Of a stretch of 64,000 bases of DNA, positions 28,633 through 37,482 are shown piece after piece (the stretch's first letter is position 1; each line of letters starts with the position of its first letter). The DNA is taken from the NCBI GenBank assembly GCA_965205495.1, contig CBDBHA010000002.1:1452738-1516737 (forward strand), written 5' to 3'. The notes beneath the pieces were generated by a model. That model saw only the letters and a list, made by a program, of their open reading frames with translations. It searched no databases and had not been told where the DNA came from. A program made the position numbers and the translations under genes. The stretch is from Dehalococcoidia bacterium. GTDB taxonomy: Bacteria; Chloroflexota; Dehalococcoidia; Lucifugimonadales; UBA3495.

Positions 28633-28731
28633 GGAGAACGTTAGCCCAAGGTAACGCTGGGCTGGGACCACTTCCCCAATATTTGAGACCCGCGCGAGAA
28701 CGGAAAACCCGTTGAATTAGGAGAAAGAAAG

Positions 28732-29574
28732 ATGGACGTAGGAACTTCGGTACCGCTGCCTGCATACACAATAGACCCGGCGTTCATGGCCCGGAAAGCG
28801 GAGGAATTGGGGTTTGATTCCATTTGGTACGCGGAACACCCGGTGTTGCCGGTGTCGAGCGGGAGCCAATTTCCCAGCGGTGGGCCGATTCCCGAGTCCT
28901 ACGCTCATTTCGCAGACCCTTACATTGCCCTGGCGCGGGCGTCCAGCGTAACCAGCACCATCAAGCTGGGAACTGGGATTACGTTGGTGCCGGAACGGAA
29001 CCCGCTGGTTTTGGCCAAAGAGATTTCGACGTTGGACTACTTCAGCGGCGGGAGATTCTTGTTTGGGATTGGGGCGGGTTGGAACCGGGAAGAGACGGAG
29101 ATAATGGGCGGGGACTTCGATCACCGATGGACGCAGGTGAGGGAAGCGGTGGCGGTCTTGAAAGAGCTGTGGACCAAGGACGAAGCGGAGTATCACGGGC
29201 GGTATTTTGACTTTCCGCCGGTGAAGATGAACCCCAAACCGGCGCAGAAGCCCCATCCTCCGGTGATATTGGGCGGGATGGCGCGGAATGTTCTGCGGAG
29301 GGTGGCGGCCTGGGGGGACGGATGGATGCCCAACCGGATTTCGCCCGGGGACCTGGAGCGGAGCCGGGCGATGTTGGACACTTTGGCGGCGGAGATGGGC
29401 CGAGACCCGGCGTCTCTGACCATTACGGTTTACGGACAGGAGGCGAACCGCTCGGCGTTGGAGGACCTGTTCAACGCGGGGGCCAACCGGGTGGTGGTGC
29501 GTCCCGAGGCGGTGGCGACGGAAGAAGAAATGGGGGAACAACTGGAGCGGATGGCCGAGGCCGCGTTGCGCTAG
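28732..29574 (+). CDS. Luciferase-like monooxygenase (LLM) class, probably F420-dependent oxidoreductase
   Basis: 280 aa. GFDSIWYAEH, GTGITLVPERNP and FGIGAGW motifs of the LLM family. Confidence 0.8.
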   Translation: MDVGTSVPLPAYTIDPAFMARKAEELGFDSIWYAEHPVLPVSSGSQFPSGGPIPESYAHFADPYIALARASSVTSTIKLGTGITLVPERNPLVLAKEISTLDYFSGGRFLFGIGAGWNREETEIMGGDFDHRWTQVREAVAVLKELWTKDEAEYHGRYFDFPPVKMNPKPAQKPHPPVILGGMARNVLRRVAAWGDGWMPNRISPGDLERSRAMLDTLAAEMGRDPASLTITVYGQEANRSALEDLFNAGANRVVVRPEAVATEEEMGEQLERMAEAALR

Positions 29575-29617
29575 GCCTACCGGAGAATTGTCGAGGCGAC
29601 AATAGGGGGAGGACGAA

Positions 29618-30973
29618 ATGGACCAGACCACTGAATTCCTAAGCGCGTACTCTTGTGGATTGTCCTATGAGGACCTGGACCCGCCGACCATACACCAGAT
29701 AAAGAGGACGGTGGTAGACACGCTGGGATGCGCCATGGGGGGTTACCTATCGGAGCCGGCAAAAATCGCGCGGCGACTGGCCGGGACGGTGGAGAGCAGG
29801 TACTTGCCCTCACGGATTCTGGGTACGGAAGACCACAGCTCGATGGACCTGGCGGGTTTTGCCAACGGGGTGATGGTGCGTTACCTGGACTGCAACGACT
29901 CGTACTTTTCACCGGGGGGAGGGCACCCCAGCGACATGATTCCGGCGGCATTGGCGGCGGGGCAACCCCTGGGAGCCGATGGCCGGGACCTGATCACGGC
30001 CATTGCCCTGGCTTACGAGGTGTTCTGCCGGATTTCGGACCAAGTGCCGGAATCGGGGTGGGACCAGGGGATTTTCAGTGTCATTGGAGCGGCGTGCGCC
30101 GCCGGGAAAATCATGGGCTTGGACCAGGAACAGATGGCCCACGCCATTTCGCTGGCGGCAGTGCCCAACATTCCCCTGCGCGTTACCAGGATGGGCGAGT
30201 TGTCTATGTGGAAAGGTTGCGCGGCGGCGGCGGCCACAAGGTCGGGGATTTTTGCGGCCCAACTGGCCGAGCAAGGGATGAACGGACCCTTTGAACCTTT
30301 CGAGGGAAGGAAGGGGTTGTGGGAATCAGCGTTGGGACGGGAGATAAAACTGGACAGGTTTGGCGGGGGGGACGAACCGTTCCGGATAACGCAAAACACC
30401 TTCAAGTTTTTCCCGGCGCAGATTCACACCCAGAACCCCATTGGGCTGGCTGTGGAGCTGCACTCTAGGGTGAACGTTGCGGATATAAAGTCGATACATA
30501 TAAAGAGCTACCACAGCGCGGTAAGCAGCGCATCGACGGAACCGGAGAAGTGGGACCCCAAGACCCGGGAAACGGCGGACCACAGCATTCCATTCTTGGT
30601 GGCGGTGGCGCTACGGGACGGATCGGTAACACCGGCGACGTTTACCCACGAGAAAATAGCTGATCCGGCGGTGCGGCCCTTGCTGGCGAAGATGACCATT
30701 GAAGAAGACCCAGGGTTCACCGCCAAGTACCCCGCCGAGTACAATTGCCGAATTGAGGTAACGACGAACGCCGGGGAAAAGCTAGTGGCGGAGGGGCCGT
30801 ACCCCAAGGGTCACCGCAACAACCCGTTGGACGACGGCGAAGTAAGCGCCAAGTTCCGGGGATTGGCGGTCCCCACGGTTACCGAGCAGCAATGCGACGA
30901 AGCGCTGGGACTGGTCTGGTCTTTGGAAGAGTTGGCCGGCTTGGACGATGTTTTCGACGCGTTAGTGGTTTAA
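29618..30973 (+). CDS. MmgE/PrpD-family protein (2-methylcitrate dehydratase-like)
   Basis: 451 aa, with PrpD-family N-terminal pattern (LSYEDLDPPTIHQIKRTVVDTLGCAMGG) and length. Confidence 0.8.
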   Translation: MDQTTEFLSAYSCGLSYEDLDPPTIHQIKRTVVDTLGCAMGGYLSEPAKIARRLAGTVESRYLPSRILGTEDHSSMDLAGFANGVMVRYLDCNDSYFSPGGGHPSDMIPAALAAGQPLGADGRDLITAIALAYEVFCRISDQVPESGWDQGIFSVIGAACAAGKIMGLDQEQMAHAISLAAVPNIPLRVTRMGELSMWKGCAAAAATRSGIFAAQLAEQGMNGPFEPFEGRKGLWESALGREIKLDRFGGGDEPFRITQNTFKFFPAQIHTQNPIGLAVELHSRVNVADIKSIHIKSYHSAVSSASTEPEKWDPKTRETADHSIPFLVAVALRDGSVTPATFTHEKIADPAVRPLLAKMTIEEDPGFTAKYPAEYNCRIEVTTNAGEKLVAEGPYPKGHRNNPLDDGEVSAKFRGLAVPTVTEQQCDEALGLVWSLEELAGLDDVFDALVV

Positions 30974-30978
30974 GAAAT

Positions 30979-31155
30979 TCAGTATTCAAGGATGACCGGA
31001 CGAGGCTGGTAGGCGCCGCAATAGAAGTGGCATGAGCCGCAGCGGTCCCAGTCGAGAAATTGGTGGGAAAGAAGTGGGCCGTTCCGGCCGCGAATAGCAT
31101 CCTGGAATTGGGTCTCAGAATAGGAAAACAAGCAATCCGGAAGACGGCTCCCCAC
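30979..31155 (-). CDS. Candidate small Cys-rich protein (58 aa from GTG; 50 aa from TTG at 31131)
   Basis: Not in the ORF track (under 60 aa). The minus-strand frame reads VGSRLPDCLFSYSETQFQDAIRGRNGPLLSHQFLDWDRCGSCHFYCGAYQPRPVILEY*. Composition is protein-like, with the pattern C...CxxCxxxC. It is divergent from the ECF sigma gene. Confidence 0.35.
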   Translation of the reverse strand: MGSRLPDCLFSYSETQFQDAIRGRNGPLLSHQFLDWDRCGSCHFYCGAYQPRPVILEY

Positions 31156-31165
31156 GTAACAGAGA

Positions 31166-31786
31166 ATGAGGGAGGCAGCAATTCCGGGCGTAACGGGGTG
31201 CCCGGTGGTTGATTACCAGGAGTTGGATGACCGCCAACTCATTGAAGGGACTGCCTCGGGGGACAAGTCGGCGTTGGAGGAGCTTTACAACCGGCACTCC
31301 ACCGCGATTTTCTCTCTGGCCCGGTACATGCTGCGTCAAGAGGCGTTGGCGGAAGAGGCAACGCAAGAGGTTTTTCTGAACATCTGGCTGAGGGCGTCAA
31401 GCTACAACCCGGAGCGGGGAGCACCGCGGGCGTGGTTGATGAGCGTGGCGCACCACAAAGTCATCGACATCATCCGGGGGCAACGGAGGACGGTGGTTGC
31501 CAGCGACCCGAAGGACTATGAGACCCTGGAGGTATTGCCTTCGGCGGAACGCGGAACGGCTGAAGAAGCGGAGATGAACATCGAGCGGGCCCGGGTCAGG
31601 AAGGCGTTGGAGACGCTACCCGACGCCCAGCGGGAAGTAATAGTATTGGCGTATTTCCAGGGGTTGTCCCAATCGGAAATCGCCGCGCGGTTGAACCAGC
31701 CCCTTGGCACCGTCAAGACGCGAGTGAGATTGGCGATGCAAAAGTTACGGGCCGAATTGGAGGAGGATGTTACAAAGCTATTCTGA
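31166..31786 (+). CDS. ECF-type RNA polymerase sigma-70 factor
   Basis: Region 2 (ALEELYNRHSTAIFSLARYML...EATQEVFLNIW) and region 4 HTH (LSQSEIAARLNQPLGTVKTRVRLAMQKLR). The true start may be the downstream GTG at 31204. Confidence 0.85.
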   Translation: MREAAIPGVTGCPVVDYQELDDRQLIEGTASGDKSALEELYNRHSTAIFSLARYMLRQEALAEEATQEVFLNIWLRASSYNPERGAPRAWLMSVAHHKVIDIIRGQRRTVVASDPKDYETLEVLPSAERGTAEEAEMNIERARVRKALETLPDAQREVIVLAYFQGLSQSEIAARLNQPLGTVKTRVRLAMQKLRAELEEDVTKLF

Positions 31787-32693
31787 AGAACGGTCCCATC
31801 CGGAGGACCTTTTAGAAGCATACGCTTTGAATGCGTTGGACCCGGAAGAGGAAGCCCGGGTCGACTCCCATGTCGATCTGTGCGACAACTGCCAAACGGA
31901 GTTGAACCGTTGGCAGTTGACGGCGTCCATGCTAGGGGTGGCGGTTGAGCCGGAAGCGGCGCCGAGCAGTTTGCGGGCCCGCGTCCTCAATGGGATTCCA
32001 ACGCCTCCCCGGGTCCGTAGGAACGATTACCGCCGGCTCATACCCCAACTGCCCAAATTTAGCCTGGGGAATTGGGCCGTTCCGGCAACCGCAACGGTAG
32101 TCCTAGTTGTCCTGGGGTTTTCGATATTCCTAAATCTGCGCGTTATGTCCCAAGTTGAAGAAGTTACGGTACAGAGCGCGACGGTGACGGCCCAACTCAA
32201 CGAAGCCATAACCCAAAACCAGCAACTGAGATTGGTTAACGAAACGCTGGAAAACCGGTTGGAACAATCGGAGGTCCTGGGAATAGAACTAATCGACGGG
32301 ATGCGGAAGATGCACGCCCTCAGCTACATGAGCGCCCATCCGGACACGCTGCCGGTGGTATTGAGGCCGGCGGCGGGTGGTGAAGGTGAACAACAGGGGA
32401 TGTTGTTGGTGGGGTATGGGGGCCGGCAAGCCCTGTTGATGGTGGCGAATATGGTGCAATCGGCGGTCCCGACGCCCTATCAAGTTTGGTTGGAGAAGGA
32501 TGGAGTCCGGTTATCGGCCGGTAAACTGCACGTTGACTCATCCGGTTGGGGAACGCTGAACTTTACCCCGCCGGAGCCGATGTTCAAATATGATTCGGTG
32601 GACCTAACGATGCCCATGGCGGACAGCACGACACCGGAGCAGGAACAACTGGTGCTCACCTCCAGGTTGCCATCGGCAGGGCTGCTGAGGTAG
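31767..32693 (+). CDS. Zinc-binding (ZAS) anti-sigma factor with one TM helix and RskA-like extracytoplasmic domain
   Basis: It overlaps the sigma gene by 20 nt. H-x3-C-x2-C motif (HVDLCDNC), one TM segment (WAVPATATVVLVVLGFSIFLNL), and a C-terminal YQVWLEKDG... segment like the RskA domain. Confidence 0.8.
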   Translation: MLQSYSEERSHPEDLLEAYALNALDPEEEARVDSHVDLCDNCQTELNRWQLTASMLGVAVEPEAAPSSLRARVLNGIPTPPRVRRNDYRRLIPQLPKFSLGNWAVPATATVVLVVLGFSIFLNLRVMSQVEEVTVQSATVTAQLNEAITQNQQLRLVNETLENRLEQSEVLGIELIDGMRKMHALSYMSAHPDTLPVVLRPAAGGEGEQQGMLLVGYGGRQALLMVANMVQSAVPTPYQVWLEKDGVRLSAGKLHVDSSGWGTLNFTPPEPMFKYDSVDLTMPMADSTTPEQEQLVLTSRLPSAGLLR

Positions 32694-32779
32694 GAAGGGT
32701 CCACCGGAATTGGCCTCAGTAAGAAGGGGCTGGTATACTTCGGGTCGAATCCGACCCGGGTGGGTTATGTAAAGGCCCG

Positions 32780-32935
32780 ATGCAAAAGAAACCAAGCCCA
32801 ATTCCTGCTCCCCAAGACCCCAGGGGTAAGGTAGAGGAACAGGAGTGCGAGATTTGCGGAGGACGGACGCTGGCCCGCCGCTGCAAGATTCAATGCCTCA
32901 ACTGCGGATATACCAGGGACTGTTCGGACCCTTAG
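32780..32935 (+). CDS. Candidate 51-aa zinc-ribbon protein
   Basis: Not in the ORF track (under 60 aa). It reads MQKKPSPIPAPQDPRGKVEEQECEICGGRTLARRCKIQCLNCGYTRDCSDP*, with six Cys including two CxxC pairs. It lies 87 nt downstream of the anti-sigma gene on the same strand. Confidence 0.4.
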   Translation: MQKKPSPIPAPQDPRGKVEEQECEICGGRTLARRCKIQCLNCGYTRDCSDP

Positions 32936-32981
32936 CAGGTTAGTCGACCCGCATTGCGTGCAGGCCGATCAAGGCCAGTTC

Positions 32982-33356
32982 TTAGTCACGTTCCAACCAG
33001 CCTCCGACACCGATTCCACCCATTATCACGCCGTCGGAAGAACGAACGACCACACCGCCAACGCCGGGGGTTAAGTTGGGGTCTCCGTAGTCGCTGACTG
33101 TGCGTCCCCGTTCCTTGAGCTGTTCGCCGTGGGGGCCGGTATCCATGCCCATGATGGCGTCGGTATAGGCTTTGCGGAAAGCGTGGCGGCGGGCGTAGAG
33201 ACGGACGTTGTCCATTTGGGCGTAAGCCACGGCATTGCCAGCGTCGTCTACCACGGAAATAGCCACGGGCATACCGCCGGGCTTGGTGACTTCATCGACA
33301 ATTGCGGCCATAGCCGCTTGAGCTTGGTCGAAGCAAATAAAGGGTTTTACCGCCAT
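32982..33356 (-). CDS. GlcG/HbpS-like (DUF336) heme-binding family protein
   Basis: Start refined to MAVKPF (GGAGGTG 6 nt upstream). GGGIGVGG-type C-terminal motif (GGIGVGG). Confidence 0.75.
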   Translation of the reverse strand: MAVKPFICFDQAQAAMAAIVDEVTKPGGMPVAISVVDDAGNAVAYAQMDNVRLYARRHAFRKAYTDAIMGMDTGPHGEQLKERGRTVSDYGDPNLTPGVGGVVVRSSDGVIMGGIGVGGWLERD

Positions 33357-33480
33357 GGGAACCACCTCCAATAGTGCTGGGGACATGATACAACAGGTCC
33401 AGTCAGCTCAGCCGGGAGCAGGAACGGGAAAGCGAGGCTCGTGAGAGGGGGGTTGTTGAGGTCCGGGCCGGGAAGATGCG

Positions 33481-34932
33481 CTAAAAATGGGGGAAGGGCC
33501 ACCAATCCGGGTAATCCCGGAGGCGGAGATGCCGAAAGAACTGGGGATGGACGCCGATGGCGAGCTTCATGGCTTCCAGGACAGGTTCGCGAATTGAGAA
33601 GTGGGCCAACGGGGAGGAGCGGAGTTTAAAGAGATGGTAACACTCGCGGAGGTTGATTTTTGCCAAGACACGGCGGTAGTGGGCGTGGGTCACCAGGTAT
33701 TGGGATACCAAGGGAGAAACCTGGAAAACCCTCCGGAAGCAGGCTTCCGCGGTTTCGAGAGCGCCGGTGAACTCGCCGGAAAGACCGGCCTCGGCGATGA
33801 GTGGAGGAACGCGATAATCCTGGGCGACGGTTAGGGCTTGGGGGAGGTAGGTCAACATGCGGTGGCGCTTAAACTCGCGGTAGGCCCCGTAGTCCATGGT
33901 GAACTCGAAGGTGTAATTGACCAGCTCGAACTCCCGGCCTGGAGAGTCGTGGGGCCCCAGCTCGGCGATGCAGCTATTGATTACCTCCGCCTGCTTCTCG
34001 GCTCCGAGGACCTGGGTTTGACGGAGGACGTAGGCGTAATCGAGATGGGAGGCGCGGTAGAGGAGGGCAGCGGCCAGCTTCTCCTGGGCGCAGGGGTCCC
34101 AGTCCAAGAGGCGGGCAGCGACCCGAAAGGGCTGGTTGGAGAGGGGTTGTCCGTCGGAGACGTGCTCGGCCGCTAGCTGGGTTTGCTGGTCGGCGGCGGA
34201 TTTGAAGAAAGGGTTTTCGTCGGCGTACTTGATGAGGGTTGGAGTAATTGTACGGCCCTGCGACCGCAGGTCGTTTCCCAGGTCCCGCTCCTCGGCTAAA
34301 GAGGAAGAGAGGAGCTTGGAAATTGCGTTTTCGAGCACGCGGGCGTTGGCTGTGACCCCGACGTTGGTTAGAGTTGCGGCGGGGAGGACGGCCCGGCAGT
34401 GATCGGTGACGATACGGCGGAGTCTCATTTGATAGACGGTGCCCCGCTCGTTGGGGCGTTGTTGGTGAACCGAGCGGAGATGGGACATAGAGCCGTCGAT
34501 GAGGCGTTGGTAGGTGTGGAACAGGGACTGGACGGCTTGATGGAACTCCTGGCCCAGGTAGCGGTGAGAGTCCAATTCTTGGGGGAAGTGGTAGTGGCCA
34601 CGGTCTATGATCTGGTAACGGGAAGATTTTTCGGTATAAGAGGCGAGGCGGTTATCCTCCAGAGCGTCGCAAGCCAGCCGGGAGACGTTTTCTACCGCCA
34701 GATGGACCACCGCATGTTCGGCGACCGAGGCGTGGCCGTAGCCGAGGACCCAGCGTTCATGGAAATCAGCGGCTTTTTCCTGGCTAACCTGTTCGGCGAT
34801 TTCATCGAAGGGTTTGGACCGCCGGGAGGTCATGGCGAAGGCGACGGCAATTTGCTCCTCGGTTAGCTTATGGGCATCGAGGGGATAGACCCGGCGTTGG
34901 GGCGGTGGGGAAAGGGTATCAAGACCGGTCAA
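33481..34932 (-). CDS. ThyX-like (FAD-dependent thymidylate synthase family) protein, double-length
   Basis: 483 aa. ThyX-type motifs are TEKSSRY and FKRHR. The size suggests tandem ThyX-fold domains. TTG start is uncertain. Confidence 0.6.
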   Translation of the reverse strand: MTGLDTLSPPPQRRVYPLDAHKLTEEQIAVAFAMTSRRSKPFDEIAEQVSQEKAADFHERWVLGYGHASVAEHAVVHLAVENVSRLACDALEDNRLASYTEKSSRYQIIDRGHYHFPQELDSHRYLGQEFHQAVQSLFHTYQRLIDGSMSHLRSVHQQRPNERGTVYQMRLRRIVTDHCRAVLPAATLTNVGVTANARVLENAISKLLSSSLAEERDLGNDLRSQGRTITPTLIKYADENPFFKSAADQQTQLAAEHVSDGQPLSNQPFRVAARLLDWDPCAQEKLAAALLYRASHLDYAYVLRQTQVLGAEKQAEVINSCIAELGPHDSPGREFELVNYTFEFTMDYGAYREFKRHRMLTYLPQALTVAQDYRVPPLIAEAGLSGEFTGALETAEACFRRVFQVSPLVSQYLVTHAHYRRVLAKINLRECYHLFKLRSSPLAHFSIREPVLEAMKLAIGVHPQFFRHLRLRDYPDWWPFPHF

Positions 34933-34962
34933 GCGGCGGCTCCCGGGACGGGATCGGCGGAA

Positions 34963-35751
34963 TCATGCAGGTTTCTTGGCGACCAGCATCAGCCATAGGT
35001 GGCGGAACATGAGGCGGTCGTTTTCCTGGAAGGGGTGCATTCCGGTGGGAGGGCCGCCGTCGAGTTCCTCTTGCAATTCTTCAGCGATCGCGACGCGGGC
35101 TTCGGCCGCGGTAGAAGTGAGGTCCATCCAGTCGTTGAGGGGGCGATGGGCGGCAAAGCGGTCGGAAAGGGAGATTTCGAGTCCGGCGGCTTGAACTAGG
35201 GCGAGCAACCCATCAGCGGTGAAGGCCGTGGTGTGGGACGGGTCACGGAGGCGTTCAAGGCGGTTGTGGGTTTCGGCGGCGGCGGGGTCGTCCGAGGTGG
35301 TTATGTCGATGAGGACGACGGAGCCGCCGGGCCGGCAAACCCGGACCATTTCCGACAGGTGCTGCGTGGGGTTCTCGAAATGGTGCATTCCCAGGCGGCA
35401 GGCGACCAGGTGGAAACTGTTGTCGGGATAGGGCAAATTGGCCGCGTCGCCGTGGTCGAAAGTCACGTTGGCATTGCCTTCAGCCTCAGACTGTTGGCGG
35501 CCCTGGGCCAGCATTTCAGGGGTGGCGTCGAGGGCGACAGCGTCGGCCACGCGGGGGGCCATTTGGCGCGCCACCAAGCCGGTACCGGCGGCGGCGTCCA
35601 GGACTCGGAAATGCGGCTGGAGGTCCAGATTCCCCATAATCCAGGCCTTGACCTCTTCGTTGCCGCCGGCGGTTAGATAGGACTCCCATTGGGGCGCCTG
35701 GCGGGAAAACTGCTCCTGGACCAATTCGTCGTGCGTTCTTTCAGATGCCAT
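34963..35751 (-). CDS. Class I SAM-dependent methyltransferase
   Basis: Motif I is VLDAAAGTGL, with a post-I acidic residue and PGGSVVLID. ATG 35751 chosen; the alternative is TTG 35781. Confidence 0.8.
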   Translation of the reverse strand: MASERTHDELVQEQFSRQAPQWESYLTAGGNEEVKAWIMGNLDLQPHFRVLDAAAGTGLVARQMAPRVADAVALDATPEMLAQGRQQSEAEGNANVTFDHGDAANLPYPDNSFHLVACRLGMHHFENPTQHLSEMVRVCRPGGSVVLIDITTSDDPAAAETHNRLERLRDPSHTTAFTADGLLALVQAAGLEISLSDRFAAHRPLNDWMDLTSTAAEARVAIAEELQEELDGGPPTGMHPFQENDRLMFRHLWLMLVAKKPA

Positions 35752-35789
35752 TTCGGTTACATTCCCGATGGGATACCCCAAGACTTGGG

Positions 35790-37427
35790 TTAGACCAGCG
35801 CGCCGAAGCCGTTGGGGATTTGAACTTCAATTAGCTGGACCCGGTCGGCGGCCACCGCTTGTTCCAGGGCGTTGGAGAGTTGGGCGACGCTGCTAACACG
35901 GGTGCCTTCAACGCCGTAAGAATCGAAGAGTTTTATGAAGTCGGGGTTGACCAAGTCGGTACCCATATGACGCTCGTTAAACCGGGCGCTTTGATAACCC
36001 TTCAGGACACCCCAGGCGTTGTCATTGAACATGAGGACGATGGGGTTGATGCCGTATTGGACGGCGGTGCCCAATTCCTGGGCATTATACTGGAACCCGC
36101 CGTCGCCGGTAATGCAGACGACCGGGTTTTTGGGTTTCCCAACCTTGGCTCCCAAGGCGGAAGGAAAGCCGAAGCCCAAGCCGGCCCAACCCCAGGGGTA
36201 CATGAAGCGGCGGGGGCCGTCGATGTTGAGGCAACGGGCGGCGCGGCTGGCTGGGACGGTGGCATCGAGGGTGAAAATGGTCTCATCCGGAGTAGCGGCG
36301 CGGATGGCTTCGAAGGCACGTAGTTCATTGCCCCAGGTGTCTTGGAGGACTTGATAAGTCTGTTGTTTAAGGGCAGAAACTTCCTGCCGGTAGGCCGGGC
36401 CTTTGTCGACATCCCGGTTGCCGATGGCGTCGAGAAGTTGGGATACCACGGCCCGGGAGTTAGCGACGATGGGAACATCGGCGGGGTAGTTCTTGCCGAT
36501 GTAGTCCTGGTCAAGGATGACGTGAATGACCTTTTCCGGGAGCTTCAAATCGACGCCGACCGTGGAACGGTAGGCCAGAGCGGAACCGAGGACGAGAGCG
36601 GCGTCGCAGGTGCCAACCCAGTCCTGGACCGGGTTTTCTCCCCAGATGCGGCGTCCCAAAGCCGGGCCCAGTGACAGGGGGTGGCTTTCGGGGAAGGCGC
36701 CCTTAGCGCCGTCGGTGGTGACCACCGGGGCTCCCAAGCGTTCGGCCAGTTCCACCACCTGCTGTGAACCGCCTTGGGACTGGACTTCTTCGCCGACGAT
36801 GATGATGGGGCGTTTGGCCTGGAGCAGGGTTTCCAGGGCCCGTTGGACCATGACCGGGTCTCCCTGGGGAATTGTTGGGTCCCGAGGGCGGAGGACCTCG
36901 ACATCGGCTTGCTCGCCCAAGAGATCGGTAGCTAACTCCAGCTCGATGGGGCGGGGACGGCGTTCCTGAAACCTCTGGAAAGCTTCGACGAAGTGGTCGG
37001 GAATGGACTCAACTTGGTCGATGCGGGCGTTCCAGTCAGTGACGGCCTGGAACATACCCAACTGGTCTTTGGTCTCGTGGGTCGCCAGGCGGCCCGAGCC
37101 GATGAACTCCTGCTCGACGTTGGTGGTTACCTGGAGGATGGACGAGCTGGAGAAGTAGGCTTCGCCCATAGCGCCCATGGAATCGGCGGCGCCGGGGCCG
37201 GTGCTGGTCAAAAGGATTCCGGGCTTGCCAGTTGCGCGAGAGTACCCGTCGGCCATGAAACCGCAGCCCAACTCGAGGCGGCCGCCGATGAAGCGGACCT
37301 GGTCCTGTTGGTCGAAAAGGGCATCGAAGAGGTCCAGGGTGTGGACGGAAATGATACCGAAGACAGTATCGACGTCCTGGGCTTTCAGGGACTCGACGAT
37401 GGCTTGGCCGCCGGTCATTCGGGGCAT
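35790..37427 (-). CDS. ThDP-dependent enzyme, acetolactate synthase/benzoylformate decarboxylase-like (paralog 3)
   Basis: AGGAGGT lies 5 nt before the ATG. 545 aa, with three-domain architecture and the ThDP motif GDGGFQYNAQELGTAV...NDNAWG. Confidence 0.85.
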   Translation of the reverse strand: MPRMTGGQAIVESLKAQDVDTVFGIISVHTLDLFDALFDQQDQVRFIGGRLELGCGFMADGYSRATGKPGILLTSTGPGAADSMGAMGEAYFSSSSILQVTTNVEQEFIGSGRLATHETKDQLGMFQAVTDWNARIDQVESIPDHFVEAFQRFQERRPRPIELELATDLLGEQADVEVLRPRDPTIPQGDPVMVQRALETLLQAKRPIIIVGEEVQSQGGSQQVVELAERLGAPVVTTDGAKGAFPESHPLSLGPALGRRIWGENPVQDWVGTCDAALVLGSALAYRSTVGVDLKLPEKVIHVILDQDYIGKNYPADVPIVANSRAVVSQLLDAIGNRDVDKGPAYRQEVSALKQQTYQVLQDTWGNELRAFEAIRAATPDETIFTLDATVPASRAARCLNIDGPRRFMYPWGWAGLGFGFPSALGAKVGKPKNPVVCITGDGGFQYNAQELGTAVQYGINPIVLMFNDNAWGVLKGYQSARFNERHMGTDLVNPDFIKLFDSYGVEGTRVSSVAQLSNALEQAVAADRVQLIEVQIPNGFGALV

Positions 37428-37482
37428 GGGTTACCTCCTGGTTAGATGGGATTGACGGAGCCGGACTTCACGTTCCGGCCGG

